Shown one piece after another: positions 27,455 through 40,948 of a DNA stretch of 64,000 nt. The stretch comes from Lobosporangium transversale (lineage: Eukaryota): the NCBI RefSeq assembly GCF_002105155.1, contig NW_019029002.1, forward strand, positions 186,001-250,000, in the 5' to 3' direction. Position numbers and translations under genes: made by a program. Each line of letters begins with the position of its first letter. The stretch's first letter is position 1. The notes under the pieces were generated by a model. That model was not told where the DNA came from. It made no database searches and worked only from the letters and a program-made list of their open reading frames with translations.

Positions 27455-28003
27455 GGCGACTGTTCGATGCTTGTTGGTTTTCCAAATCTGCTTTGATTTC
27501 ACCATAGTTTAGCGGAATTGATTAGCATCCCCTGAATGGCTGCCATCCAAGGGACTAACTTCGAATGGACAGGATTTACTGTGTTGTTCAAAACAATAAA
27601 ACTTGACTGAAAGTCTGCTAATCCTCAAACTATGAGGCAAATAATGCCTCTGAACGCTTCAATAGGATTATGGCGAGTTTTTGGGGTGCAGAAAAGACAA
27701 GATTGTATCTTTTGAGCAATGAAGGATATAGGATTTGTTCCTTGGAGGCAAACTTTTTTGAAACCACGCTTGTTGCTAGTAAAAACACAAATGGTTCCCG
27801 TTTTCCGCATACTTTCAACGCTTCCACAATCCAAGGGCTGTGATGTAGCCATTAAATGTTACATGTTTGTCGAAGTATTGACACATCCCTTGCAAAAGTT
27901 CAGATGTATGCTAAGAATATTGTTTAAGGGACGTAGAGTAGTCAATAGCATGTGGCAGTATTCAGGTGTTTATACAGTATCAGATGGAGTCCGAACAGTC
28001 GCC
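27455..28003. repeat. E1 right long direct repeat (549 bp) with 12-bp TIRs
   Basis: Near-identical to 17530-18079. Confidence 0.95.
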
Positions 28004-29400
28004 AATAGGTTTGTGCTGTATGAGCGACAAGTTTGTGCTCGTTTTCTTCCAACACGTGCTGGAAATCGGAACATCACGCCCTTTCTCTTCAGGCTCAGAT
28101 CTCTAATAATGTCACCTTTCGCCTACCAAAAAGAGAACATGGACCATAATGAAAAAAGCACGATGAACTCAAGTCTTAGTGAACCAGAACAGCCTATTAA
28201 CCTTCCTGGAAACTCAGGTGATGTTAATGAGAACGATGATAATGAGGACGTGGAAATAGTTTCAGGAAGTTCAAGTCACCTATATGAATAACCAGAACAT
28301 TGACCTATGGAACTGTCTTCACAAGAACTGTCTCTAAAGATCTATCTCATTTGCTCAAAGCCAAAAGAGGAGAGGAAAATGCAACAGTAATGACGAATAG
28401 AGTACTGAGCCAAAAAAAAAAAAAAAAAAAAAAAGCTGTGTAGACAGTAACAACCAGTCATCTAAAATGAAGTTTAGTCAAAAAAAATAAAATACTGAAA
28501 TAGCTTCGCAGGGAAACATTTTCTTCAATCTCTTTCTTCCGTTTCCCAGATATAAATAGTTTGAGTAAGCTACCATGTCCTGACACTTAGACATCGAGCA
28601 AAAAGGTATCATTGTTGGGATGCACCTCGCAGGCATGAAGTATGTGGAAATCGCATTGCAATGCGGTGTAGCCCGAACCCCTGCCAATAATGTATCAGGG
28701 TGTATTGAGAAGGAGGTACAGGAACTTTGCTGTATATCCGACTTTCTGGCTCTTCTTAAAGACGCGTCTCCTTTCCTTTGTCTCTGTTCCTGCCCAGAAT
28801 CTTGAAGGGCACCTTGAGGGGTATCTTGGGGAGAGGAGGGCCTTGAGGAGCGGTTTGGGCGCAATTTTGGCCTCGTGAGTTATGGTTACGGTAGTATTTG
28901 TAGGTTTAAAATAAAATACTTGCTTCTGTCATCTAGTTTATTTTCTCAATGTACGTGACATATCCAAACGAAATAATGATCGCGACAATCTTGTTCAAGC
29001 CAAGAGCTGAAGTCCTCTTCGTTCACGTAAAAAACTCGAGGCAGATAGTCATACGGTTCTTTATGGAAGTCGTTTACAATAACATTGATCGTTTCATCAT
29101 CGAGAGTTGACTTAATCCATTTATAACCATGCACCTCCGAGCGCAAAATCTTAGTTGTTATTTCATTGGCCTTCGCAATGATCCTCTCGTCAAGTTCTGA
29201 ACTTTCTGAACCATCCGGCATGAGTGACCTTTCCCTGGTATCAAAATCTGCTGTAGGATGGATATCAATGGCCTCAACGAGAGCTGCAGGTGATTCACGC
29301 TCTATTTCTGAGTCGGAATCTGACATCTCACTCGAATAGTTATTACAGTCAACGTTCCATGAGTCCCAGTCAGAATTTGATTCCTCACCCCATAGTCATG
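28004..29400 (-). pseudogene. Degraded coding remnant, possibly from an older DNA transposon
   Basis: Broken minus-strand ORFs (28946-29326 acidic; 28478-28864) with no intact gene structure; family not identifiable by eye. Confidence 0.25.
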
Positions 29401-30233
29401 ATCAGAATCGAACTCTTCTAGGCCATCAACGCGTTCTATTTCGTTTACATTATCCAATAAGCTATTCCTAATAAGCTCTAAGCTCTACACAAAAAGCAAG
29501 GACAAGGAGAACCGAAGGACGAATAATAATTGTGCAAATGCTTATTATTGATAGAAAAGAAACAGAGCTTTGCGCTATAATCTTTGTTCAATGAAATGAT
29601 CTAACTGAATGCTGAAATAATACAAATGTTAATTTACATTCAGCATTCGACACGCATAGGCAACAATTTGCGAGATGACATGAAGGAAATCCATGCATAT
29701 CTTCTATTATAGTTTAGTATATCATATTGCAAATGCATCCATTGCAGCAACTATCGGATACGCCACACATATCCAATATGTCCAGTACAAGGCGCTGTAC
29801 AAGATCATTAACAAGGCCCCTCTCAGCAAGAGGAGGACGATCAAATATATGTTCACTCACACTTTCGCTTCAAAAAGCAATAAGCACAATCAACAACATC
29901 CCTCCCCTTCTCCCTTTTGATGAACGAATGCCTCTAATATAATGCTGATTTACTAGAGTTGTTGAAACAAAGAGTGACATCTGAACCCATTCTCCTTGAT
30001 TAACAAAAAAAAAGGCCCTTTTTCAGCTGTTGTTCCCTGACAAGACTAATAACCTTCTGCTTCAAAACCAGTTCCTGAACACGAGTCAAATCTGTTCATG
30101 TAAACAGTGCTTCCAATCCCCATACAATAATTTGAATCTTTTGTTTTGTTTACTATTCAAACTACATCCGTTTCCTTTTCCACTGTCCTTAATATAAATC
30201 CGATACATGGGCCGCTTGCTGCCACAGTCCCCT

Positions 30234-31880
30234 TTAGATCAAACTCGGCTGCACCACAGGGCGATCGTGAGTAAACCTCGCTGGCTCTGTCTCGACATTG
30301 ACCAGGAACGGTGTCTCTCCATTGCGAGGACTCGCGTCCTCCAGTAGAGGGCGCTCATACTGAGTATCCCCTCTTCCATTCACCACCGGCACGATTGTTG
30401 ATGCTTCTGCTTGTGTCTTTGCGTCTTCAAGTTCTTCTTGCTTCCAGCCCCTGAGTTTCAAGAAGTTGATTGCAGAAAGAGTCATGACTAACAACATGAG
30501 TGGGAGCTAGCATAGGAATAAATGGAGAAAAAGTTAGTATGCACAATTCAGAAGCTATACCTTATTCCTTACGTCCCCCTCCTTGGTTTGTCCTGTATTT
30601 TCCTTCAGAAGCTTACCAGTATGGTCACTTGGCCAAGCAAAAGATTTCGGATTCCTTTATGCCATCGTTCAAAATCCTTGGTAAGATCAGCCTTACAAGC
30701 CACCTTGAATCCATAAGCGTCATTCTCACTGCAAGTCCGGTCCTTGGGCTTCTCGGAGCCCTTTGGGGCTATAGGCGGGAAAGGTCTATCTGAGATATGG
30801 TTGTAGCCACAGCATTCATGACGGAGCTCAAAGTCACTAATAAGCTTTGTGCGGTGGCGATTCGCTTCAGTCCAGGCATTATTCAGCTCAATGCCCATCT
30901 ATTGTTAAAACCAGAAAGAGGTAGCAACAGGGTCACTCTAGTATATCAAAAGAGGTAGCATTCATTTAAAAAACCCAAAGCAAAAGGCTTTTTTTTACCT
31001 GTGAAAGATGACCCGACCGTTGTGTAACACAGATTATAAAAAACATTAGGGTCACAGCTAGGAAGATGGCGTTGCCATTTAACAGATAAGCAGATGCTTT
31101 AGTGAACATGATTCTTGGACGCCTGGCCTGCTGCTGCTGTGGGGCTATGGGAGAGTCACTATTGCGTCCATGCATAATATTGGTGGAGTGTGGTGGAGTC
31201 GGGGTCCTTGGTCCTAAATCCCCTCCATTCCCACCAGAGCCGTTGCCTCGACGACCATCGTCATTGTCCCTTTTATCTCCTCCCTTAGTGTCTTCCACTA
31301 AGAGATTGTAAGCGACCGCAAATCCAAAGGCGCCTGCCACAATCGCAAAACCTGCGGCAAAGATTGTAACCTCACTTTCTGGAAGCAGATAATCCAAAAT
31401 AGGTTCACGTAACACCATCTCTACTATTTCTACACCCATTAAAAGAAAAGCTGAAACCTAACATAGGCGAGAGAGAGATGGCATACATGAGGAGAGAAGG
31501 AAGGTAGCGAGTCGGCTTGTTGAGAATAGGATAGCCAGAGAGGAATAATGGGCGTGGGAAAACTGGTATACAAAGCAAAGAAAACTCACCACAAGAATGA
31601 CATTGACAATCATCATAAACATTCTGGCGACCCGTGCGTTCTGCACCCAGTTCACGGCAGACGAATCTTCGCTCTCGTGAAGTACCTTGGCTGCCCAGCC
31701 CTGAAAGAGTGCAAGACTTCGTTGGACTTGGGTAAGAAACGTCCGAGGGTCCCGTCGGCCAGGGTCTTCGCTGGTGCGCGGCGGATGGTTGTAGTTGTGA
31801 TGGGGAGCATTCCCAGCATTGTAGCCGTTCAAGGCACTATTTGAACGGACAAGGCTTGTTCTTTCGTCGTGTTCCTCCAT
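30234..31880 (-). CDS. Tetraspanin-like membrane protein (4 exons)
   Basis: Four hydrophobic segments; extracellular loop FELRHECCGY...C...C carries the CCG motif. Confidence 0.7.
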
Positions 31881-32599
31881 AGTTAGTTGAAAAACAAAAG
31901 TAAATGTGTGTTGTATGTGAGTGGGAATGAAGAAATGAAAGCACATGAGAGTGTAGACTTGAAACCATTTCTTTTCATTTTGCAGTCACGAAAGCCAGCT
32001 GTAGTTGGTGCCCTGTGTCTGTAAATTGTTGGTCTTTCAGATTTTGCCTCTTCATAATTTTTTTGCTATTACAACTATAATTCTCCTTTCATCGTCAATA
32101 ACCGCGCCTTGAGTATCAACTGTTAATTTTTACACTTTATGCTTTTTCTCTCGGTCGTTTAATACAGCTTTGATCATCCATAAGATTTGCGTGAGGATCG
32201 CCTCTGTCTCTTACTCTCAGTGCTCGCTTTTGTATGAGAGCATGAACAGAGCCTCATCAAAATAATGGAACAAGGAGTGGTGGTAGTGCGTTACTTAAAG
32301 GCGACGTGTCTCTTGTTAAATCGAGCGTGCATTCAACGAAATACCATAGAACCCCAGTTGTGGCGATACTATACGAAACCATCAAAATTGTTTCATTGTA
32401 GAACACCCAACGATATCGAACGCTCCTTTAGGGGTGTTGTTACAAACAAATAAAAGAAAAAAAAAGAATACGTGTGGAGCATATCAATGGTTCAGTGATA
32501 GAGATAGAACAATGAATACACCACCAATTAAATTGAACAAAAGCCCAATATTGTTCCCAAATGCAGAAGCTACTTTTTATTGATCATCGATTATTACGA

Positions 32600-33615
32600 G
32601 ATATGGAACCCTTCGTTTGACATGTACCGAAAATATTCCCAACCGACGCGTGTCCAGAAAAAAATAAGAAGGTAGGTCATGCAATCTGTGGCCGGCGTGC
32701 CTTCTTCAAATAATATTTCTATAGCAAAAAAAGGAGATAAAAAGGTTGCCAATGGCTATCACCTTAATTTTCTGTCATGAATCCACAACATACAGCTCGC
32801 TCTCCCCGGTATCAACGCCTGCGGGGCTCCTGTTGCCAAAAGCGACTACAAACACAAAATGTATCCGTCCTTGTTCATCTCGTTGGTGGGGATAATGCTT
32901 AATGTCCATCAATTGGCTACAATGAGATCCTCAGGATCAGCGCTTTGGTCAAGCCCAGGATGGACTCAGAAGTCACTGGTAATCATTACTAGAGGCGTCT
33001 CATAGTTTGGTAGGCTATAAACGATGAGCTGATACTCGGAATGAGCATTGAAAATCCCCCTTTATAGGTAGGCCACGATCGTCATTTGAGTAGTAGAATC
33101 TGTCAACGAAGCTAGAGGCCCACCGTTCGACTATGACGAGAATACAGGAGCAACAGCAGAATCAGAAGAGAGCGCAAGCATGTGTAAAGGCTGGATATGC
33201 TTGGCTCAACTCGGCTTCATGACTAGGCGTGGTGGTCCAGATACCGAAAAGGATTGTTGTGGATCTACCCAGTCGCGTTTATTGCGGAAATAGTCGTCCA
33301 AGTCAACGATTCTCCAGGCCTTGTCGGCCCCTCGTAGATGATCGACCATGGGGCCGGCGGAATAGTATGCATTTTTTTCGATTGAACATGTATTTTCAGA
33401 TATTTGGGCAGTCAAATCTCTGAAAATACTGCATGCTTGCGTGAGATTATTCAAGACTGGGGGTCATCTACATGGCCTATAATTTGCAAAAGCACTTCGT
33501 TTGGATAATCTGTTATGCGGATTTTCTTGCCGGGTGGAGATATGGCTCCTTTATCGTTAGAGTCTTGATGGTCGGCATCAGGATACAAAGGATGCTTTCG
33601 CTGGGATCGGTTCAT
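32600..33615 (-). pseudogene. Degraded F-box-like gene
   Basis: ITDYPNEVLLQIIGHVDD F-box-like start, followed by stops and frameshifts. Confidence 0.4.
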
Positions 33616-33949
33616 GGAAGGGTTAAAAAAATGCTTGGATATACTGGAAGCTGTGAGGATTTCTCTTTTTTGTCTGTATTTATTGCCCAAAAGTTACTTC
33701 GCCAAGAGAACCTACAATAATATGAGCAAACGGCATATTCTTATTGAATTAATTTCCAAATGTTGAGTACATATAAATATATATTATATATAAATATATA
33801 TATTTATTTAATCAATTGAAGTATAAATATTTATACAATTGTCGTTTGTCAGTCATTGATAGACCCTGACCTTCGGCCATAACAAGGTCGAAACTTCTAA
33901 GAAGTTGTCAACTTTGTTGGAGAGCAAGCTACTCAATATCCAATCAAAA

Positions 33950-34021
33950 TCAGAGTTGCTCAGCTCTTGAACGGGGAGGTGCGTGTCAGAGTTGCTCAGC
34001 TCTTGAACGGGGAGGTGCGTG
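33950..34021. repeat. Perfect 36-bp tandem duplication
   Basis: TCAGAGTTGCTCAGCTCTTGAACGGGGAGGTGCGTG x2. Confidence 0.9.
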
Positions 34022-34285
34022 CACATGTGTTACCGTGCATAGATATGTAAATTAACACGTTACGATCTCGCTCAGGTTGTTGCACCTTCACGCTATTGTA
34101 GGCCGAGGGCTATTTAAGAAACAAAAAAGTACCAAAGAAGAAAAAAATACAATTGTTCAATATCCATATCTTCTATCATTATAACAAGCCATCGCCATGT
34201 CCAGAAGCGCTGCTAGACGGTTTCCCCGTGTCCCATTGGATCCACAGATTCATATCCCTCATCCAACCGCTCCAGTAGCCGCTGC

Positions 34286-34436
34286 TCCTGCTCCTGCTTC
34301 TGCTTCTGCTCCTGTTCCTGTTCCTGTTCCTGTCCCTGTTCCTGTCCCTGTTCCTGTCCCTGTTCCTGTCCCTGCTCCTGTCCCTGCTCCTGTCCCTGCT
34401 CCCGTTCCTGCTCCTGTTCCTGCTCCTGTTCCTGTC
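34286..34436. repeat. Hexamer minisatellite (CCTGYY)n within small ORF 34197-34535 (Pro-Val/Pro-Ala repeats)
   Basis: About 25 hexamer units read directly. Confidence 0.85.
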
Positions 34437-35363
34437 CACGGCTCCGGCGACGATGTAGCTGTGCTGATCGATCCACTTTATTATACTGTCAAGGTTGAGG
34501 TTATCGATTTCGCAATGGATGACCAAGGTCTATAATAAGGCTAGGCAGGCCTATAACTCGTGATACCAATGCAAGAGAAGTTGAGAAAGGACAACCCTGG
34601 ACTGCAAATGCTGTATAGTTGTGCTTCTCTATGCGATCAATGTCGCGCTGCGATATGTCTGTCGGTTCAGTATCCTCAAGCTTATACGTTTTGGTTGGAA
34701 TTCATTTTTATTTTTGAGTGTTGTGGGTGCATACTAATAAAAACTACCTTTGCTGGTATATGTATTTATACATCAGCAATAAATATTAAAGAGTTTTCGC
34801 AGATTTTTTTTTCGTCATTTTCATCACAGGCAATTGAACCTTATTTTCGCCAGTTTGAAAAATACTGCGGTACTGTGATATCACGTTGGTGAAAAGAAAA
34901 TTTCCAAAAACGTCGCTTGATGTTAAATTCATCAGGAGAATTCTATTAAACGCTCACATCACCAATCACGCATCACGCTCATTCTGGCGGTCAAAAAAGA
35001 AAGAACACCAGACAAAAAAAATATCAATAAATTGGAAAAACTAAACATTGGAAAAGTTGACCACGCCAATGCCTCCAAAAAAAAAAAAAAAAAAAAAAAA
35101 GGCTGACAATGCCTTCCATCTGCATCTTCTGCTACCCATGATTTCATAATAACCATCTCTCAATAGCTGCAAGGCTCCTGTAAGCACAATGCGCATCCGC
35201 CCTTCCTTGTTAAGCTACGACGGTATCCAATCATGTGGCTGTATTTTACGTGTCAAGAAAAGCGTGTCAAGAAAAGCGCACTGACTTTTTTTTTTTTTTT
35301 TTTTTTTTCTCATATTTACATTCCATTTCACTCATTTTCATCGACCTTTCATTTTTTCTAATC

Positions 35364-36203
35364 ATGAATCCTATTCATCGCTTGGCCCAGGTGTTTGCCC
35401 ACCTCCGGGCTCAAGCTTTTGCTACGACATCAGCTTCATCTCCAATGTCTCGTATGGTTTCTGTTTCTACTTCTACATCCTCTCTCTATCGTAACTATAC
35501 CTCGTCCTCATCTTCCCCTACTTCAAACAAAGGTGCTGCTGATTCTACCACTACTGCCGCGACCACTCCAAAGGCTCACAAGGTCACCAAAAAGGACCGC
35601 GCCTTTTACCCTTATTCCCTTGACATCCAATCCCGTTGGGCAGACAATGATCAATACGGTCACCTCAACAATACTTATTATTATGCTCTCTTTGACACGG
35701 TGATAAACACATTCCTCATCCAAGAGGCAGGATTAGACCCACATAACCAAAGTCAGGGCACAGCCATTGGCGTAGCCGCTGAGTCAGGTTGTCAATATTT
35801 TGATTCCCTTTCGTTCCCAGACATGATCGAGGCACGATTAGCTGTGATCAAATTGGGACGATCCAGTGTTGTCTATCAGGTTGGTATTTTCAAGAAACTT
35901 TCGCTTACACAACGACAACAACAACAACAAGAAGGAGGAGGAGAAGCAGGAGCAGGAGGTAATACGGTTACTCGAGGTGCATCTCCATCGTCCGCAGGAG
36001 TATTTTCGAGAGCTGCGACATCAGTCTTGGATCCTGTAAAGGAAGCAGATATCGACAAGGTATTCCATCCGAACCAGCTTCAGGGAGATGTGGCAGCAGC
36101 TGGACATTTCTGTCATGTCTTTGTGGACAAGAACAGTCGTCGGCCTGTTCCGATCCCTGAAAGGATCCGTGCCGGATTAGAACGTCTTCAAGTGACACCA
36201 TGA
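35364..36203 (+). CDS. Hotdog-fold acyl-CoA thioesterase (4HBT/YbgC-like)
   Basis: IQSRWADNDQYGHLNNTYYY, KLGRSSVVYQVGIF, AAGHFCHVFVD...RPVPIP. Confidence 0.9.
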   Translation: MNPIHRLAQVFAHLRAQAFATTSASSPMSRMVSVSTSTSSLYRNYTSSSSSPTSNKGAADSTTTAATTPKAHKVTKKDRAFYPYSLDIQSRWADNDQYGHLNNTYYYALFDTVINTFLIQEAGLDPHNQSQGTAIGVAAESGCQYFDSLSFPDMIEARLAVIKLGRSSVVYQVGIFKKLSLTQRQQQQQEGGGEAGAGGNTVTRGASPSSAGVFSRAATSVLDPVKEADIDKVFHPNQLQGDVAAAGHFCHVFVDKNSRRPVPIPERIRAGLERLQVTP

Positions 36204-36460
36204 ATACTATCATATTGAAAATAATAATAATAAAAAAAAAAAAGAAGAAGAAGAAATAGAGATAGAAATAGAGATAGAATCAGAACATTGCTTGATGGAT
36301 ATCTCAAGAGGCAGCTTCTTTTTCTGCGTTGGTATCTTTGCTCCCAACTCCATTCCTGCGATTTTTTTTTTTTTTTTTTTTTTTTATTTTTCTTTGTCTT
36401 TGTTCTCCTATACCCATTGATTACAACAGTAAACTGTCGAATCAGCTTTGTCCCCGCGAT

Positions 36461-36498
<38 letters not shown>

Positions 36499-37073
36499 CA
36501 TCCGCAAAGACCGCATGTTTAAAAAAAAAAAATTATTGATCTTTTTTCTACCAATAATCCAAAAAGGGCTTGACACTCGAGGCATGTTATCGGGAGAAGG
36601 AAACAAGGCAATAAAGAGAATAAAAATAAAAAATAATAATAAAAATTAAAAATAAAAATAAAATAAAATAAAAATAAAATAAAATAAAAATAAAAATAAA
36701 AAAGAAAACAAAGTATACAATTCTTTTCTTTTTTTTTTTTTTTTTTTTTTTCCTCTAGCCTTTGCGATTTAAGATCCAAGAGCATTCGAAAAATTGATGC
36801 CGATTATTATTCTGTATACCATAGTTAGTCCCCACACCATAAAAAGCTTTCTTCTTTAACTTTTCCTTTTCTTTTTTTTTTTTTTTTTTTTTTTTTTTGT
36901 AAAATAATTCAAAAAATAAAATTAAATTAAAATAAAAGGTTTAATCGTGGATGCTTCATGATTGTGTTGCTACAAAAAAAAAAAAAAGAGAGGGATGAAG
37001 AAAAAGAAAGAATGGTATGCGGATGACAATAAAAACAAAAGGAAAAAAAAAAAAGCGTTTGAACGGCCTATAT

Positions 37074-39728
37074 TTAAAGATTACGAATTGTGTTGCGCCC
37101 AGCACTTCTTCTCTCTCTGCGTTGAGGTCCACCACCACTTTCGCCTCCATTCCTTGATGATGATGATGTTGATGATTTTGTATTACCACGACCACCCTTG
37201 CCTCCACGTCCCTTGACCTGGAATGACATCTCCATACCACCAGCAGTCGAACGTGAGACTGAATTGTCACTGCCTCTATCCTTTGCAACACGTTCTGCAA
37301 AAGATCTCTGAGCTTGTGATTTGAGTACGGGTCCTGAACTGTTTCCTGCTCGTTGCTATCAATAATGAAAATTAGTTCGGTTAGAAATACTCCTTATCGA
37401 GTTCACGCCTTTTTTTTTTTTTTTTTTTTTTTGTCTTGTCATATTGTGTATGTACCTTGAGTGCCTCCATCTTGGGAATGCGTTTACGGTCCTTGACTCC
37501 GGAACGAATCGATGTAATTTGATCCGCCTTCTTCTTCTTATTGTTATTATCCCGATCTGACTTGTAATGACTAACACGGATCAAATCCTCATCTGAATCC
37601 ACATCGCTACCATCACTGTTGCTAACCTCGCTAGCCTCCTCGATCTCATCCTCGCCCACAACGCGGTAGCTAGGCTTCGCAGTTGATTTCACAGGGTTGA
37701 GCAACTTGTATTCGTTCGTATCCTCATCCACCTGGAAATCAGGGTTGGTGAACAGATCTGCGAAACGGCTATCCTTCAGGGCTCCGCCTTCTGTGGCCGC
37801 CTCAGGAAGAGCACCATCTCCAGAAGCTGCAGCCTTGCGACGAGCCTTGGCCTCATCCAACATCATCTTGGTCGCCAATTGTTTGTTGACCTTGGGAAGC
37901 TTCATCGTCGCACGAATACGAGAACCAGCCTCCTTGGCCAACTTCTCCTTTGCTTCTCTCTCCCGGTAATCTGCATACGCGAATGGATTGGCGATTGCCT
38001 TGGCCTTCTCATAGAGTCGTAGGTCAATGAAGAATCCATGCATGTAAGGCTTCAATACAGAGCTTCCAACCAAATGATCCAATCCCAGCCTATATGTTAT
38101 CATATTCAACAAAGAATTAAAGCGTTCATTAGTTAGCCACATTAACAAGATCGGTCATCTATCAATAAGGACCTGAATAAAATGCAATAGCAAACAAACA
38201 AACAAACAAACGAAAAAAGAAAAAAAAAAAAATCATATACGTACGAGGCAAGTTCCTTGCGTGTAACAAACTTGTAATCGTCATAGATATTCTGAACAGG
38301 ATTCTCTTCCAATTCTTCTGTGAGGTTATCGAGGAAGGAACACCATTTTGGTGCTGGTCCCAATGAAGGGATATAATAACTCTGCATCTGAATACCCTCA
38401 TTCGCCACAAACATCAATCCCGAATTATCGACCACGCACACATCATTGATATCGTTGACAGGTTCGATCGATGTGAAATTATTGCCATTTTCTCTGTCCC
38501 AAATCTTGATAATCTTACAATCGGCCGAGACCACTTTAGTACGACCGTCCTCACCCTGGGTACCCTCATGGAATGTCAAACTCTTGATAGGGAAGCCATA
38601 TTGATGATCCTTGACAAAGAGGGGAATACTGCTACGAAGATCATACATGAGCACATGTCCTGTGGTCGTACCAACAGCCATCGTTAATCCATCCTCTCTG
38701 AATTTCATGGAGGAGATACCGAGGGAGGAGGACATGACACTCTCGGGTAAAGAGGGTGCCAGCACTCCAACTCGACCTCTGACACGCAAATCCCAGAATT
38801 CGACTGTTCCTGCATCTGTTCCACATCCGTAGAGTAAATGAGCAGGGTTGATCTCTCCACAGTTGACTCCATTGCCTCCAGTGGGGTCGATGTCTGTGAC
38901 GAGTGAGTTCAAGAACCGTCCTTGTTCCAGATTCAGTCGATAGATTTCATTAGAGGATGCTGTGACGAGAAGATCGCATGAAGGGTAATGATAGGTAAGA
39001 GAACGTCCGAATTTAGGGATCCTGGTTCTGAAATGAAGTCCTCCTTGAGCCTGAAACTCAATACTCCGATCGGCTTGAAGGTGTACAGTCTTTGTCCAAT
39101 CGTCCGATAGGATCTGAAAGTCGACATTCTCCGCATCAGTATGACGATCAAACTTCATGGACATTTCTGAATACTCGTATACTCTCATCTGAGGCTTATA
39201 GACACCTTTATTTATTTAAATAAATAATAAATAAAAAAAATTAGTTATAAAACAGAAAAATAAAATAGGACTTGAACCCTAGATGCGGGGGTAAAAAAAC
39301 TTACCAGTAGCGATAGCATATTTCCCATCCCGAGTCGTTTTGATCTTGAGTGATGCTTCTGGGAATTCGAAATCCTGAATGAGCTCGATACGATGCCTCC
39401 ATTCTTTTTTTTTTTTTTTTTATTTTTTTTTTTATTTTAAAAATAAAATAAAAATCATATTAACACTTGATGGCATTATTAAAAAGAACTTCATGATAGT
39501 ATAAAGAATCTCTAACCCTATTTCCCTATTTCTTTGTCTTTTTTCTTTTTTTTTTTTTTTTTTTCCTTTTCATCACCACTCCTTCCTAGATAAAGGATTG
39601 GTACCTAAATCATTCTTGAGTGCTTTCTTGTTCCGTCTAGCAAGCCAGTCAGGTATGGACCGTGAGCCTTTTGAACCCGAAACTGTGTAAATCTTGACAT
39701 TGTTTGCATTCTGAACTTGCAATGACAT
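37074..39728 (-). CDS. ENP2: Ribosome biogenesis WD40 protein ENP2/NOL10, multi-exon
   Basis: RIELIQDFEFPEAS, YRLNLEQGRFL, IPSLGPAPKWCSFLDNLTEELEE, YMHGFFIDLRLY, DSRFADLFTNPDFQVDE. Confidence 0.95.
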
Positions 39729-39795
39729 TGTGATAAATTAAGCAACGAACTGCAATGGAAATATTTATGTGTATATTTATATATATATGTATGTC

Positions 39796-39827
<32 letters not shown>

Positions 39828-40267
39828 ATGGTATGTGTAATAGAGAATAAGACCTCATAAAAAAAAAAAAAAAGGCAAAAAACAAACAGAGTGACTGCTA
39901 CATCTAGGCAGGCACGTGACGCTAGGAAGTTCAAAAAAACGTTTGAGACAGCATTAGATTGACGCCAAGCAGATAAAAAGGCGTAATATCCCACGGATAT
40001 GTCAATAGCTGAATCCAGAAGCATGGGGGCAACAAACAAGAAAATGCTTAAGGTGGGGTAGGCTACTTCAGAGAAACTTTAGTTAGAATAGTAATGTCAT
40101 GTTATGAACACTGAATAAACTTACATCAAGGGCGCTTTTACATCACGATTATTAGTCGATCATCGAAAGAGACATTCCCATCCCCATACTCGCCTTTTTT
40201 ATTTTTTTATTTTATTTTTATTATTGTTATTATTACTTATTTTTGATCTTCCAACAAAATATGCTTC

Positions 40268-40948
40268 TTAAACAGTACTGATCCTCAGTGTAGGCAATCT
40301 CTCTTTAAGCATCGCTTTCAACTTTTGAATCTCCTCCAGGTGTTCTGCTCGTGCCAGGCAATGGCTGTAAAGGCCAAACTTCCGCAACGGCAGCATTAGT
40401 TGCTTACTATGTAGCAGATGGTCCACCAGAAGCTTAAACATCTCCAAATTAAAATGCATCAAGGAATCGGACGACGACATATGGAAAGGCATTACCTTTA
40501 GGATAAATAAATATCATAAGCCTTTCCAACATGCAACGTCCTTTCAGCAGTACCGTTTGCTCTCGGATTTCTGTAACACTTTCAATAACTGTGGCGAATT
40601 CACAAGAGCTTGGTGATCCATAGAGAAGCTCCAGCGACCTCAGTGTTCGAACCAGTGGTAGTTTGTCGTCAAATACTCTTTCAAGTAATGTACCAACTAT
40701 GAAGGTTCCGAGTGTAAGCTCTACAAGGTTGGGGCAGCAGACGAGAAGATTACTGAAATGGGACACTGCAGAGGGGTTACTGAAATTAATTCTGATCAAG
40801 TGAAGGCTTCGAAGGTTTGGTGCCATTGCAAAAGTCGAAATGTTGACACGGGAGAAAAGGTTCTCAAAATATCTGAGTTTCATCGATTGGATACGTGCGT
40901 TGCTAATGAGCTGAATAAGTGGATTGAACCGGCGACCGCGATTGATAA
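40268..40948 (-). pseudogene. 3' half of a Mortierellaceae-type LRR/RNI-like gene interrupted by E2
   Basis: INRGRRFNPLIQLISNARIQSM...LRSLHL...CPNLVELTL; continues the frame of 52045-53980 once E2 is removed. Confidence 0.8.

Larger units (their letters stand above)
17530..28003. mobile_element. Element E1 (10,474 bp): long-direct-repeat-bounded Harbinger-like element with primase-helicase, coiled-coil gene and Crinkler cargo
   Basis: Terminal direct repeats 17530-18079 and 27455-28003; same core gene set and four-hairpin scaffold as E2; no TSD visible (flanks TAC / AAT). Confidence 0.85.

Noticed and set aside
17530..28003. LTR retrotransposon (long direct repeats plus a chromodomain)
   Set aside because: No RT, RNase H, gag or integrase motifs; repeats end GGCG...CGCC rather than TG...CA; the chromodomain is on a Harbinger-type DDE enzyme
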